Of a DNA stretch of 64,000 bases, positions 1 to 11,900 are shown one piece after another. The notes under the pieces were generated by a model. The model was not told the origin of the DNA and searched no databases. It saw only the letters and a list, made by a program, of their open reading frames with translations. Each line of letters opens with the position of its first letter. Position 1 is the first letter of the stretch. Where the stretch lies: positions 3,472,001 through 3,536,000 of the forward strand of contig OX337234.1 of the NCBI GenBank assembly GCA_946965045.2. The letters run 5' to 3'. Origin of the DNA: Epithemia pelagica (taxonomy: Eukaryota > Protista > Bacillariophyta). The position numbers and the translations under genes were made by a program.

Positions 1-462
1 TGGGATCACAGATGAATGGCTGAGTTTGGAGGTGACCACGGCAATCAGCGCTTCATTTGGTTCAGGAGTTGGCATTGCTCTCACCAAGCCTCAACTTTGA
101 GGTTGCCTTGGTGGAGGCGCATGTGAGTTTGTGCTCCCAGGCGTGAGGAGCCATGGACAAAGACTACAATGATTGCATCTGATCTCATTGAAGCATCATT
201 GGCATCATGACCTCCTTGGCCAGAAGACACCTTGACCGCCAAGACAGTGGGTTAGTTCCCGCAGGACTGTGACTGCACTTATCGAAAAAACGAGATCAAG
301 AAAATTATGAACGTCAAAATGCATCATGGTCATCCGTGCTTTACACGACAAACGCACGCGCGGGGTCGGACAGCCGATGATGCCGGCGACGTTGTGAGTA
401 CAATAATGTCAAAAATACACGTACGTTTTAAAAAAAATGAATCCGCGAATGAAAGCGTCTTA

Positions 463-1827
463 GGCCGATCCTATAGCATTGACAAAACCAAACCTCGAGA
501 GTGACGCCGGCTCTGGATTCAGTTTTGTCGGGTTTCGCCGTCCTATAGCACCGGCAAAACCAAAATCCAATTCCGCGCTGCATTCCCCCAAGGCCCCCAA
601 CAGTCCCCATATTCACTTTGAATAGTTGAATACTAAAAGTTTTGAAAGTAGGACATCAAGCCCGCATGTTTCTTGGGGTTAGGGTGACCGTTGAAGTCGA
701 ACGCGCGCCGCGCAAATGGTAACCGTCATTTGTCATTTCTGTAAGAGAAACATACACTAGCATAGAAAAAACACTATCCCTAATGTCATTTCGGATTATC
801 CCTAATGGTAAAAATTGGTTTGGAGGGTTAAAAAAGGGTGCGATTGGGGGGGTACCTTTGTTCGTCCGTCATCCGAAAGGAAAAAATTGTCTCGTATTTT
901 TTCCCAAAGCGCCAGCCGGGTGATATCGCCAGCCTCCCTTCGACCGTTCGAAATAGACGCGCCGGTCACGCCTTGTATTGCTGGCACAAGGGCCAGGAAT
1001 CGTCTCACTTTTCGAGCAACACCACAAAAGACGACCATGAGCACACCAAAAACCAAAAGAAAACCATCCAGCCGTACGAACGACCACAGTGACAACTTTA
1101 TGGCTAAAACCATCCACCTAGATCACAGGTGAAGGCGGAATACATCAAAGGAAGGATGACAACATGAAACATGATAATCAACCACTGCAATGAACAATCA
1201 ACCACTGCAATGATGAAGCGAAGGTTTGACAGCGTCATCATGGGGTATGTAAGCCCAGGAAGCAGGAAGCCTAAACTAGTAGTGGACTATGCTTTTATCT
1301 TTCCCATAGACAAAGTGCCAGGAGCTTGTGTTGATACTCCTAGAGGTGCATTGCATGTGTGTATTTCATGGTGTGTGTGTGATGATTCCGTGAAGCTTCA
1401 TCCACTACTACGTAAAGAGTACTCGCTTCTGAAACAGTATAGACTTTAGAGTACAAAATGGGCTTGTAGATTTCTCTGTGCATGTCTCGTCAAGTCTCAC
1501 GGCTCACGGTTCCTGTTTCCCATTCATGAGCGCAAGCGGCTACACAATAGGGCGAAGCCAGTTATTACAGTTGGCTGGGACGTTATAATAATGTGCTAAA
1601 TCAAAAGAAATTTGAAAGAAATAATTTTTACATTTTTAGGAAAATTTGGGAATAACCGTATGGACAGCAGACGGGAGGTACCCCCGCAATCGGAGCGAAA
1701 CCTGAGCTCAGGTTTTGTCGGAGCAAAAGTTGAAACGACAGAAAACCCGGATTTGACATCATATTTCCGGGTTTTTAGTGACGTGTCACGCTCCAGGTTT
1801 GGTTTTGTCAATGCTATAGGATCAGCC
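463..1827. mobile_element. Non-autonomous PIF/Harbinger-like (Tourist-type) TIR element, 1365 bp
   Basis: Inverted repeats of ~43 bp, GGCCGATCCTATAGCATTGACAAAACCAAACC... (463-505) vs 1785-1827 (3 mismatches by eye). TTA on both flanks (460-462, 1828-1830). A 3-bp TTA/TAA TSD with GG..CC ends is typical of PIF/Harbinger. No transposase ORF inside. Confidence 0.8.
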
Positions 1828-2050
1828 TTAATGAGGCTCAATCGTGATGGCATGGTTCGCTTTTTTGATGGGAAAGTATGTCAGAATGATTCTTATTTTG
1901 TTTTCCAAAATCCAATTTGTTCTTTCTTTTTCAGCGAACTGAAAATATACCGATTTTGACGACTATTCCATTGCTTTTCATCGGTTTACACGAAATAGTT
2001 GTCTCACACCGTATTGTTTGCCACGATTTCGTTTGCTTTTCGTTTCGTAG

Positions 2051-2971
2051 GATTGTCACTGGGTATACGAAAACAATCGTTGTGACAAAGTAAGGGATGG
2101 AAGGCACGTAGGGAGTGAATATTGCCCGGATAGTTGTGGGTATTGTGATGGCTGGAGCAAGCCATCACCGAGCCGAAAGCCAACGCGTAGACCGTCGCCG
2201 ACCCGAAAGCCTACGCGAATGCCAATCCCGTCTTACTGCCATAATTCCGTGGAGGTTGCCAGATATTGTTACGAAGATCACCACCCCGAGAAACTCAAAG
2301 TATATTTTGAGAACTGTCACCCAGAAGAAAAAGATTGGATTGGAATCTATGAGGCCCATCATGGGTATTTAGGAGATACCGCACAATGGTGGGGCAACTC
2401 TTTCATGTGGCAGTTTGCTTGTGGATCCAAACAGTGTCACCATCCAGAAGACAAAGGCACTCTCTTTTTCTCAAACTGGTGGTCAGATTTGGAAAATGGC
2501 AAGTACAAAGCGTATTTATTTGACAACAATAGCTATCATGTGAAGGCCTCATCTGATACATTTGAGGTTGGTCGTTGCAAGAATCATCGCCCATCACCAC
2601 CCACAAGGAAGCCAACTTCGCACTGTCGCAGCTCCATTGAGGTTGCCAGCCATTGTTACAGCAGCCGCCACCCCCTAAAACTCAGAATGTTTTTTGAGAA
2701 CTGTCACCCCAAGGAAAAAGATTGGATTGGAATCTATGAGGCCCATCATGGACACCTAGGAAACACACTCAAATGGTGGGGGAATTCTTTCATGTGGCAA
2801 TTTGCTTGTGGTTCAAAGACATGCAGTTATCGAGAACACGAGGGCACGCTTTATTTTGAAGACTGGTGGTCAAGTTTGGACAATGGAAAATACAAGGCAT
2901 ACTTATTCGATAATAATGGATACGAGGTGAAGGCTGTGTCTGACACTTTTGAAGTTGGCTACTGTCACTGA
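2051..2971 (+). CDS. Last exon of a Cys-rich protein: ShKT-like motif, P/T linker, two tandem ~114-aa DWIGIY (SKICH-like beta-sandwich) repeats; 5' exon(s) unresolved
   Basis: The frame of ORF 2219-2971 stays open back to a ...TTTCGTAG acceptor at 2050 and reads DCHWVYENNRCDKVRDGRHVGSEYCPDSCGYC (CPxSCGxC). Then PSPTRKPT repeats and two near-identical domains (about 2237-2578 and 2624-2965). Confidence 0.7.
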   Translation, partial: DCHWVYENNRCDKVRDGRHVGSEYCPDSCGYCDGWSKPSPSRKPTRRPSPTRKPTRMPIPSYCHNSVEVARYCYEDHHPEKLKVYFENCHPEEKDWIGIYEAHHGYLGDTAQWWGNSFMWQFACGSKQCHHPEDKGTLFFSNWWSDLENGKYKAYLFDNNSYHVKASSDTFEVGRCKNHRPSPPTRKPTSHCRSSIEVASHCYSSRHPLKLRMFFENCHPKEKDWIGIYEAHHGHLGNTLKWWGNSFMWQFACGSKTCSYREHEGTLYFEDWWSSLDNGKYKAYLFDNNGYEVKAVSDTFEVGYCH

Positions 2972-4135
2972 GTGAGGTTGATGATTTTTGATGATTTGCA
3001 CTTCCTGCTTCTTTGAAAAGCTTGCTTCAGCAAGTTAATCCAAATATGTGCACGCATCTTGTTTTGCATCGCCGGTCATCAATTCATTTTGCAAAGTGTG
3101 TGTAGTCATTATGTATTTATAGGTTTTATCTTTTTGAGACATAGGAAAGAATTAATCGTCTTTCGATGGGTTTTGCTCTTCTCAGCGCCTTCTGCACAGC
3201 AATGATGCAGCAATTTTGGCACTCCAGCTAGGGCAGCAGAGCATGGAACTCACATGTTTTTTACTTTCATCATCTGCTAGAGTCTCTAGATGCTGTTTGG
3301 ACGTCACTTGCTGGAGGAATAGCCCCCTTTTCGATAGGAGTACATAAATAATATCTAGGAGTACCTACACCTACGGTACTCCTCTATCTATAGGCCCTTG
3401 ATCCTTAGTACAACCAATGGAACAGGACACAATAACTCCACGCGGCTTCTTATGATGGTTGTCGATCGCGTTTTCATCCGGTATTGGCATACATCCTCAT
3501 CCCTAATTCCGCGACCTATTTATGCTGCTAGAGGCTAAAGACTCTTTTTTCCAAGATTGCATACAGAAAGAATATCTCTTTTGAGCCTTTCATCATGATG
3601 ATTGCGACCTTTGGCTTTGATCTGTCTTTTTGTATCCACCACACAAACTCTCTCTCCACTAACGACTCTCTCCATTGGTTGTGTGGTGGTGGTTCTATTA
3701 CTACCTATAGGAATACACGCCCACCATTCGACGACCTTTTGAGACAGGCCATACTCCCCCCATTGGTTTGCTGATGCAGAAACGAGAGAGATAGTGTATT
3801 GCCCGTACTCTTGCGAATCCAAAGAAAGCTCCACCGTTCTCCAACCACAAGATTTGGTTGAGACGTGGCAAAAGAAGAACAACAACAACACCTGCACGCC
3901 TCCTGTTCTAAACAATAGGCAGGAGCTTTGTGACGAGCATCGGACCACGGCAGCGTGGGCGCAGACAGGAAGTACAAGGACAAACGAATCATCGTTTTCG
4001 TTGCCTTTGTTGTTGGCCGTATCTACTCCTGGTACAAAATAAGGACCATTGATATTCCGAGATACGAGAGACCATTCCTCGCACAGAAGACTATAAAACA
4101 GTCAGTGCAACTTCACAGAAAGAGAGAGACAAAGG

Positions 4136-6478
4136 TTGGCTCCAGAACCTCTCACAAAGAGGACCAGAAATCAAAAGAGACACCCACATTCGGGAACCAA
4201 CGCCATCTCCACTGTAAACCAAACCAAGCCAGAACAGATCGTACGATACAGCAGCACCCAAGACAGCCAAAGTCCTTTTGCAATCATGGTGAAAGAGTCA
4301 GATTCCTTGCCACCGTTTCACGCCTCGTCTCCATCCTCTTCTTTGTACTCGAACAATCTTCCATGGATGTCATCTCTTGGTGGGAACCTGTCGCCAACCA
4401 AGGTTCCAGCTACTAGTACTGCAGCAGCAGCTGCTGCTGTTGCTGCTTCGTCACCACATGGAATTCATCGGAGCCAAATCATGGACTGGCAGATACCTCC
4501 TCGTTTCATTTCCAACCAGAATAGTAGCAGCAACGTGGTCCCTTGGTTGCCGGATGCTGCTGGACAAGCACTCCAAGAACAACGCCAGAAACAACAAGAA
4601 CTACTAGTACGCACACCAATTGCAGCCGCATCGGCCACTCATTTAAATCGCCCCGTGCAGTCGTTTCTACGTCAATCTCAAGCGAAACACAAGGTTCCAA
4701 CCAGTACTCCTACGCATCTTACTCCACAGCCAACCGCCACCCGTATGGCGCCCACCCATTTGCTCGATCAGCAGCAGCAACAACCGGCCGTTGTGGCATC
4801 CAGAACGGCAGCCGCTGTACGGCCCCCAGGAAACAACCAACAGTCTTCCTCTGACTCGTGCTGGATGGGATTGTTGGATCAGCATGCATCTAACGATGCT
4901 CCACTAGCAGCAACAAGGTATGCGTGGGCATCCCCGAGCACCACCTCGATTCCACGACATGTGTCCCATGAAATAGAAGCAACAGAAGCTGCTGCTGCAT
5001 CAGCTGCCAGAACCACAGCAGCACCCAACGAGAAAGAAGATCTTTCCGAGCTCCCCAAACTGCGCTCTCGTATGCGGGGCTACGTGCATGAGATTATTGT
5101 GCAACAACATCGCGAGGAAACAAAATCCTCGAATCGTTCGACTCCCAAGGCCGCAGCCTATTTGCAAGCCGTTGCCAAGGATTGGGAGCTGGTCCAAAAG
5201 GAAACAGATCCCTTGCAATTTGTTCGACGCTGCGATTATGATTTATGGGCTGGAGCACAACGATTGTGTTTGTATTGGACTGAACGATTAGCCTTGTTTG
5301 GACCGGAACGAGCCTTTTTGCCCATGGTCCAAACTGGTACTGGAGCCTTGACAAATCAAGACTTGTATACCCTTCAAGCGGGCTTCCCTTGTTTGTTGCC
5401 ACCTCCCATTGCACCATTGCCGTCGGAAGACGAAGAGCCAGAGGCGGGCACCAGCAAGAGCCCATCCTGTCTCTTGTTGGATCGGAGGAAATGGATTCCA
5501 TCTCAATGGTCATCGACAGAAAACAAATTGCGGTGCTTGTTTTATCTCATGCACATTTTGGCTCAAGAACAGGAAGCCCAAACCAAGGGTGTCTTGGTCT
5601 TGGCGGCTGTCATGACACCACGTTTTCCCGAGCTGAATTTGCAGTGGATGCATCGGGCAGCATACTTCGGGGCGAAAGTATTTCCTGTCAAGGCGCACTT
5701 GCATTTGCTCAACTTTGTACCTCACAGTAAGGCCACAAACCATAACAACCCGCAATCTTCGTCTTCGTCCTTGGTCGAACAAGCCATGGAATGCACCGTG
5801 AGCATCGTTCGACGGTATGCGCTTCCCAATTATCCCATTCACACTCACACACAACGTGGAGGAGGTGGTGGTGGAGGTCCATCGTCGGGTACGAGTCAAA
5901 CCAGCAAGTCATCCCTTTCTTCCAAGAACACTATTGTACAAGATCTGTTAGAACTGGGATTGAAAATGGAAGGAATCCCCATGGCCTATGGAGGCGAATG
6001 GAGGTTTGATGAATTCTTTCAATGGTGTCGTGAAAGACGAGAATGGGAGCAAGAAACCTTTCAAGATCGACTCTTGTCACCCGATGCATCATCCAACGAG
6101 AAAAGAACGGACAACGCGGAGGACAGAAGCCCATTCCACGCACTAGGAAATGGCCTTGATTTGAGTTGGTACGCAGCCGCAGGCGGTCAACACAAACGGA
6201 GAAGAGGAAACGACGGCCAACCGATCCCCGGGAGCAACTCAAAACCTAGTGCTACAAAACAAGACAAACAAGTCAAGAGTCGCATTGCCGACATGCTGCA
6301 TTCTCGAAGAAAGCGGGAACGCCGACAAAAAGAAGTACAACATCTCAAGATCGAATCGACCAAACTCACGCAGGAGCATACTGCTCTCAAGGCCCAACAA
6401 GAACGGTTGCAACAATTCCTAGAGGCAGCTCAAGCCATTGTCGAACAGCTAGAGGACGGCAAGACTGACATAGAATGA
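4136..6478 (+). CDS. Sec14/CRAL-TRIO-like + bZIP protein, paralog 1 (first ATG 4286)
   Basis: Long ORF with Q/A/S-rich N-terminus. Core ETDPLQFVRRCDYDLWAGAQRLCLYWTERLALFG...IPMAYGGEW resembles CRAL-TRIO_N + Sec14. C-terminus RIADMLHSRRKRERRQKEVQHL followed by heptad leucines. Confidence 0.8.
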   Translation: MAPEPLTKRTRNQKRHPHSGTNAISTVNQTKPEQIVRYSSTQDSQSPFAIMVKESDSLPPFHASSPSSSLYSNNLPWMSSLGGNLSPTKVPATSTAAAAAAVAASSPHGIHRSQIMDWQIPPRFISNQNSSSNVVPWLPDAAGQALQEQRQKQQELLVRTPIAAASATHLNRPVQSFLRQSQAKHKVPTSTPTHLTPQPTATRMAPTHLLDQQQQQPAVVASRTAAAVRPPGNNQQSSSDSCWMGLLDQHASNDAPLAATRYAWASPSTTSIPRHVSHEIEATEAAAASAARTTAAPNEKEDLSELPKLRSRMRGYVHEIIVQQHREETKSSNRSTPKAAAYLQAVAKDWELVQKETDPLQFVRRCDYDLWAGAQRLCLYWTERLALFGPERAFLPMVQTGTGALTNQDLYTLQAGFPCLLPPPIAPLPSEDEEPEAGTSKSPSCLLLDRRKWIPSQWSSTENKLRCLFYLMHILAQEQEAQTKGVLVLAAVMTPRFPELNLQWMHRAAYFGAKVFPVKAHLHLLNFVPHSKATNHNNPQSSSSSLVEQAMECTVSIVRRYALPNYPIHTHTQRGGGGGGGPSSGTSQTSKSSLSSKNTIVQDLLELGLKMEGIPMAYGGEWRFDEFFQWCRERREWEQETFQDRLLSPDASSNEKRTDNAEDRSPFHALGNGLDLSWYAAAGGQHKRRRGNDGQPIPGSNSKPSATKQDKQVKSRIADMLHSRRKRERRQKEVQHLKIESTKLTQEHTALKAQQERLQQFLEAAQAIVEQLEDGKTDIE

Positions 6479-7176
6479 CAATGGGACGACTACGAAAATG
6501 TAGACTTTCTACACGATCACCAGGTAGATGACGATGTTAACAAAGAATCGACGTCAAGACGTTGTCCTTTGGGACAGATTCAATCATCGTCTCCCTAATA
6601 TTGGCATTTGGTAGTCTTCGGACTTCGGAGATGGATATTCGTCAGTCCACATCCACATAGCACTATTATGTGTCGGTTGTAGGCTGTCGGCTGTCTGTTG
6701 GTCAGTTCCCCCAATCAATGTCCTACCAATGACCAATGAGGAAATAATACTCGTAGTGAGCCCTCTAGAACCGAGAACACTCGTATTGTAGCTCGTAGGA
6801 CTTATAGTCTAGCCCAGAGAAATTGCCCTTCTGCGAGCGACTGAGGGGCAATTAATTGCAGGGCATAGTAGGCCCTTCCACCGAGAACCGTACACGAATA
6901 TAAACCCAAAAAGATTATGAGATTGCTACACAGGAAAGAAGAACACTTGACTAGCCCGACACCCACAAATAATTGTCAGCTTCGTCTCTCGATCCTCACA
7001 TCATCATCAACAGCTTTTTCTGGACCGTTTCCGTGGCTTGGCCTTTCACCAACGTACCAATTCCAATAAGAGAGTTCCCATCCCCTGCCCAGTGATCGGA
7101 AGCACATGTTGTGATTTGTGATGGCCTGAAACTCATGATTTGTTTTTTCCGATTTTCTCATTGATCTGCCATCAGT

Positions 7177-7955
7177 ATGCCCGATGGACCAATCGTGTTC
7201 CATTCTCGTGCTAATGATCAAGATAAAAGTATGGAGGTAGACGGCTGCGAAACAAGAACGAACATGGTTCGTGCTGCTCCTGAAGTCTTGGGCGAAGACG
7301 ATTTGCATCATTTGCCGGAACTACGAAGTCGAATCCGAGGATATGTCGATACCATCATTCGATCCAACATGATTGCCCTGGAAGACTCCGCCGCTTATTT
7401 AGAAGCAACGACAGTGAACGCAGACGTGGTGCAAACAGAAACCGATCCCATTCAGTTTGTCCGACACTGCAACTACGATTTGTGGGCCGGTGCCAAACGA
7501 TTGTGTCTTTACTGGAAAATGCGAAAGCGACTATTCGGCAAAAGGGCTTTTCTTCCAATGGTATTGACTGGCGCGGGTGCCTTGACCGAGCAAGATTTGT
7601 ATACTCTCAAAGCTAGTTTTCCAGCATTGCTACCCGAATCTCCTACACATCCCAAAAGTCTGTTGTTGGATCGACGCCGATGCATCCCCGACCATGAATC
7701 GTCCACCGAAAACAAACTCCGTTGCTTGTTTTACCTCATGAAAGTCTTGGCCGAAGACGACCGCGCTCAAATTGATGGGGTGCTGGTTTTTGCGGTAGTC
7801 TTTACACCTCGCTTTTCTAAGCTAAACCTAGCCTGGATGCATCAAAGCATCTACTTGACGGCAAACGCCTTTCCAGTCAAAACACACCTGCATCTCCTGA
7901 ACTTCGTCCCATTGCAAAAGAAAGAATCTTTGGTCACACAAGCAGTGGACCTGGT
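7177..7955 (+). pseudogene. Sec14-like + bZIP paralog 2, 5' part (interrupted by Copia insertion)
   Basis: Same core motifs (ETDPIQFVRHCNYDLWAGAKRLCLYW...). Similarity to the paralogs stops at TSD CTGGT (7951-7955), where the LTR begins. Confidence 0.9.
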
Positions 7956-8725
7956 AGTTAAAGTACGGCTAGCTATAGACCTAGAACTACCTTTCGAAGA
8001 ACAACACCTAGACTCTATGAGAGTACACGTCTACCATGACATAGCTGTGCCATCTGTCCTGCAAGCTTTTGCGAACACGTGCGTGGACGGCTGACGAAGC
8101 TGTGCCCATGTATGTGACATGTCCGAGCCTGCGGCATAATGTTCCCTCTCTGAATAACCCTGGTGTTTTGTGATACACATTTACATATGCCCACTACTAT
8201 CTACGACAGGCAAAAGCCGGACGAGCTCCACTCGGAAGCAAAGTCCAGGCTATGTCTCACCTAAAACATACACGTCTCCAACTTACAACAAGATTCACCA
8301 AAGGATCATGGATACTTGGTTCAAGCCAATAGTTCCGCCTCTATCCCTCACAGTTTGAGTATATGGAACAGGTTCTATGCACTAAGAGAACAGGTTCCAT
8401 TAGTCCCTAAACGTAGAGCGTCTGTAGCGCCTTACCTAGAAGTCAAAGATGTTTCTTCACCGGGCCCAACGATTCGGGAAAAGTAAACTCTTTATGACCG
8501 AAAGGAAGTAATGAAAGAGCAATCATGAGAAACAAACACTTTCGATAGAATAAAGCTCACTTCTTATAAAAACCTGAAAGTTGTAAGCAACCTTTAGGAA
8601 GGAGTCAACCATACTAACCTAGTGCAAGGTGAGGGCCCCATCGTGTACCGAGTGAACTGGTTGACTACAGAAGTTCAGAGCACTAACCATCACGTCTTAC
8701 GTTAGTTTTTCTACATACATCAAGT
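7956..8725 (+). repeat. 5' LTR of Copia element 1 (770 bp, AGTT...CAAGT)
   Basis: Identical by eye to 17683-18452. Followed directly by the PBS. Confidence 0.95.
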
Positions 8726-8738
8726 GGTTATGAGCCCA
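8726..8738 (+). promoter_or_regulatory. Primer binding site GGTTATGAGCCCA (complementary to the anticodon arm of tRNA-iMet, half-tRNA priming)
   Basis: The reverse complement TGGGCTCATAACC matches the initiator tRNA-Met anticodon stem-loop. This is the same PBS type as yeast Ty5 and Drosophila copia, abutting the LTR. Confidence 0.75.
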
Positions 8739-8987
8739 AAGAGGCTGACGAACCGTACGCCTCCTCTATCGTATTGCCGACAAGACCGACGGACCGAACC
8801 AACCTCTCTTCAGTGTGAATTATTGTATTCATCAGGAAGGGAACGACAAATCTCCATTGCTACGTGGTTATCGACCCACTAGTAGCATCCAACCAAGCGC
8901 GCCGGAAGCCATCAAGGCTCCAACCAAGGTACCAACACGAGCGACGAGGACTCACCAACTTCCAGTGGTGCAGGAAGCTTCGACCTC

Positions 8988-11900
8988 GTGTCCATACCAG
9001 GTGACGAAGACACCGTATCCAGTACCGTTGATCTTCCAACACCTATAGCCAATCTGACGAACGAAGACGCCCTTGTTGACGAACAAGGACAGAGTATTGC
9101 TGCTTCGGAATCGCAGATTGTTGAGTCTCCACCAGGTCCATCTAACAACGACACCCAACATCAGGGTTTGATTGTTGCATCTCAACGACAAAGAAGGAAG
9201 ACCACCATGAGTGACGAGACTCCTACTCCTCCACCCGGTATCGATTACCGCCCCGACCCGCCGAAGATTGGCGGACTGGTCCGAAGCAAGAAGGACGAAT
9301 GGGTGGCCTGGACTGGAGGAAAACCCACGTACAAGTGGGATGGGTTAGAGGTAAAGGCGACAGAACCACTGCGAACGATGCAGATACGTACCCTGACAGA
9401 TAAGAAATACTACGATCGTATCTCCGGGCCTGACGAAAAGTACAGCAAGAAGACCGGTGATTCTAGCCGTCTCCAGGATGAAATCAAGCAGCACTTGATT
9501 AAACACGGCATGGATTCGATCGCATACCTCCCCAATCCTCATGATCCCAAAGACATGTTGTTCATTGTAATCGAGCACCCAAAATATACGATGAGCAAGG
9601 TGAAGGAATTGATGAAGACGCAGATTGTGAGTTATGACAAGTACGACAGAAACAACGACGTCAGTGCCCAGGACTACTTACTGGACTGTTTGGAAAAGTC
9701 CTTTAGGCACGAAGTTGAGGACCAGAGTCGGGAAGTGACGTGCTTCCCCGAGCTCTTCATGGTCCTTGTCACCATCGTGACACATGATTCCCCGCAGCAC
9801 TGGGAACAAGTGAAGCACGAGATGCGAGCTCTTGTGCCTCACAAGTACCCTGGCCACGATATTATGGCGTTGACTAAAGATTTTTTGGAAAAAGCGCGAC
9901 CGTTGATCGCAGCTGGACAGTACGACCACACTCTGACTGGGAACCTCCTAGCTAACATCCTCAAGACTGAATGGCCTGACACGCCTAAGTTCGACCTACT
10001 TACTCTGAACAAGCGTGTCAATGACGGTATTATCCATATTCGGTTTCTAGATCGCTCTATCGGAGACAGTCATATGAAGAAAGAGCGTCTTTTGTACACA
10101 GATGTTATCGAAGAGGCGAACAAGAAGTACCTAATCTGTGTCAAGGAAGGTGAATGGTCACCTAAACGAAGTTCTCCTGATTCTAAATCCGTCCCCTCGT
10201 CGTTCACCGCTAACAAGGCTACCGTTTCGAAGACTAAGAAGAAACGGCATTCTATTATGACTCAAGCTAGTCTTAATGCACTCATTCAGACACTTCGAAA
10301 CCCGCCGGGTTCCAATCCGACTCCAAGCAATGGACCAAACACCCAGCCTGGCTCCAATCACCGCGACAGGAAGGGAAAGCCGATTCACAAGCGTAACAAC
10401 ACTCGCGTTGATCGATCGCAGGCTCACCCTTGGAAGAAGATCCCTCCTGCTCCTGGTGCACCTGAGCAGCAGACGATCCAGGGTCAGCGGTGGTTCTGGT
10501 GTGGTGTTTGTACCCGTTGGAACACCTCTCACACCACGGCAAACCATATTGTTGGGTATAAAAAGTCTCCTGGCGACAAGGACAAAGCAAAACCTCGGAA
10601 TGCCACCCATGCGAAGAAACTTGAACTCGAAGTATCCGCTTGGCAGACCGAATTCGATCTCGACCAACTTGATCCTCCTGCCTTGCCCGTCGCTGCTTTA
10701 CCCGACTGTATGTCCCTTGCCTCTGTGGATTGTTGCGAAGCTCTGATGAATGATGATGATGATTGTTGCGATTCGGTTGATTGTTGCAAGGACACCGTCG
10801 ACCACTACGTCTTCTTCACCATTTGGGACATGTCACCATCCGATGACAGCTCGTCCATGGACTGCAGTTCCACCAACTCTGGAAACGACGATGATGACAC
10901 TGACCGGACACCGCCTATTCCGTTTGACGAATTGCGCCGCATCCTGTCACCCAACAACAATGAACCAACCGCCACCAATCACAACGATAGCGACCACAAG
11001 GATGATGACAATGAACCATGCACTTGCAACACAGAAACAAAAGAAAAGAAAACAAGCACAAATAATGAAACAGTCTCGATCTGTCGACCTCACAAGGACG
11101 ATGACAGCTCCACTGAAAGTGAAGACAACGAAGATGAGTATGCTGATATGCCACCACTTGTGGCACAAAAACTCACACCAGTTGTGGCAAACAAAGACTT
11201 ACCGAGTTCGGCAAGTAACAAGGAAGAAGAACAAGAAAAGAAAAAGGGAAAGTTGAGTGGATCGCATGCCAAGACACTGTACTTCGACAGGTGGGACGAC
11301 ATCGATATGTGGTACGGCAGTGACCACAGTCCCACAGACCAACGTACCTTCTCTAGCGTTGAAGCCAACGCAGCTGTGCACGACAAAAGCTTCGACAGCA
11401 CCAAGATCAAGCAGGAGGACGAACAGGATAGTGATGAGAATGCTGGTGGTTTGGACACAACCATGGATACACAAGAAGGATCGCTTATCAGCCATGACAA
11501 CAGCAGCGACCTTACCCACCTCAAGAACCTGCAAGAAGGACTCCTGGACGACTCGAAGCCGCCAGCTCTTCGGCGACCCGAGATCTCACCGGTGACGAAC
11601 CCGACGCCATTGCGCCATGACCAATTCCCGACTCCTGCCACTGAAGCTCTCGAGCAGTGGACTCGAGGTTTTGTACCTCGGCCACGTCCACGTGATCCAC
11701 GCATCTCCATCGAGCAAGAAGCCAACACAGCAAAAAGAGACGGAATGAGGTACGAAAGGGCGCAGTACACGGTGTACGCTCTTCGACATCAAGAACCAGA
11801 ACTTACCGTGGCTGTCGCCTACCAGCGAGTCAAGGACGAAGAATGGTTCGTGGGATGGTTCATTGATGGAACCAGAATCCCGAACCATCCGAATCCAGCT

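Noticed and set aside
6821-6853. Hairpin AATTGCCCTTC...GAGGGGCAATT between paralogs 1 and 2
   Set aside because: A single short stem with no second copy or associated TE end. Compatible with chance.
7956-8094. C-terminus of ORF 7177-8094 as a genuine gene end
   Set aside because: These codons are LTR sequence and recur verbatim at 17683 onward.
8170-8358. Small duplicated ORF (also 17897-18085)
   Set aside because: Chance ORF within the LTR. The duplication simply reflects the two LTRs.
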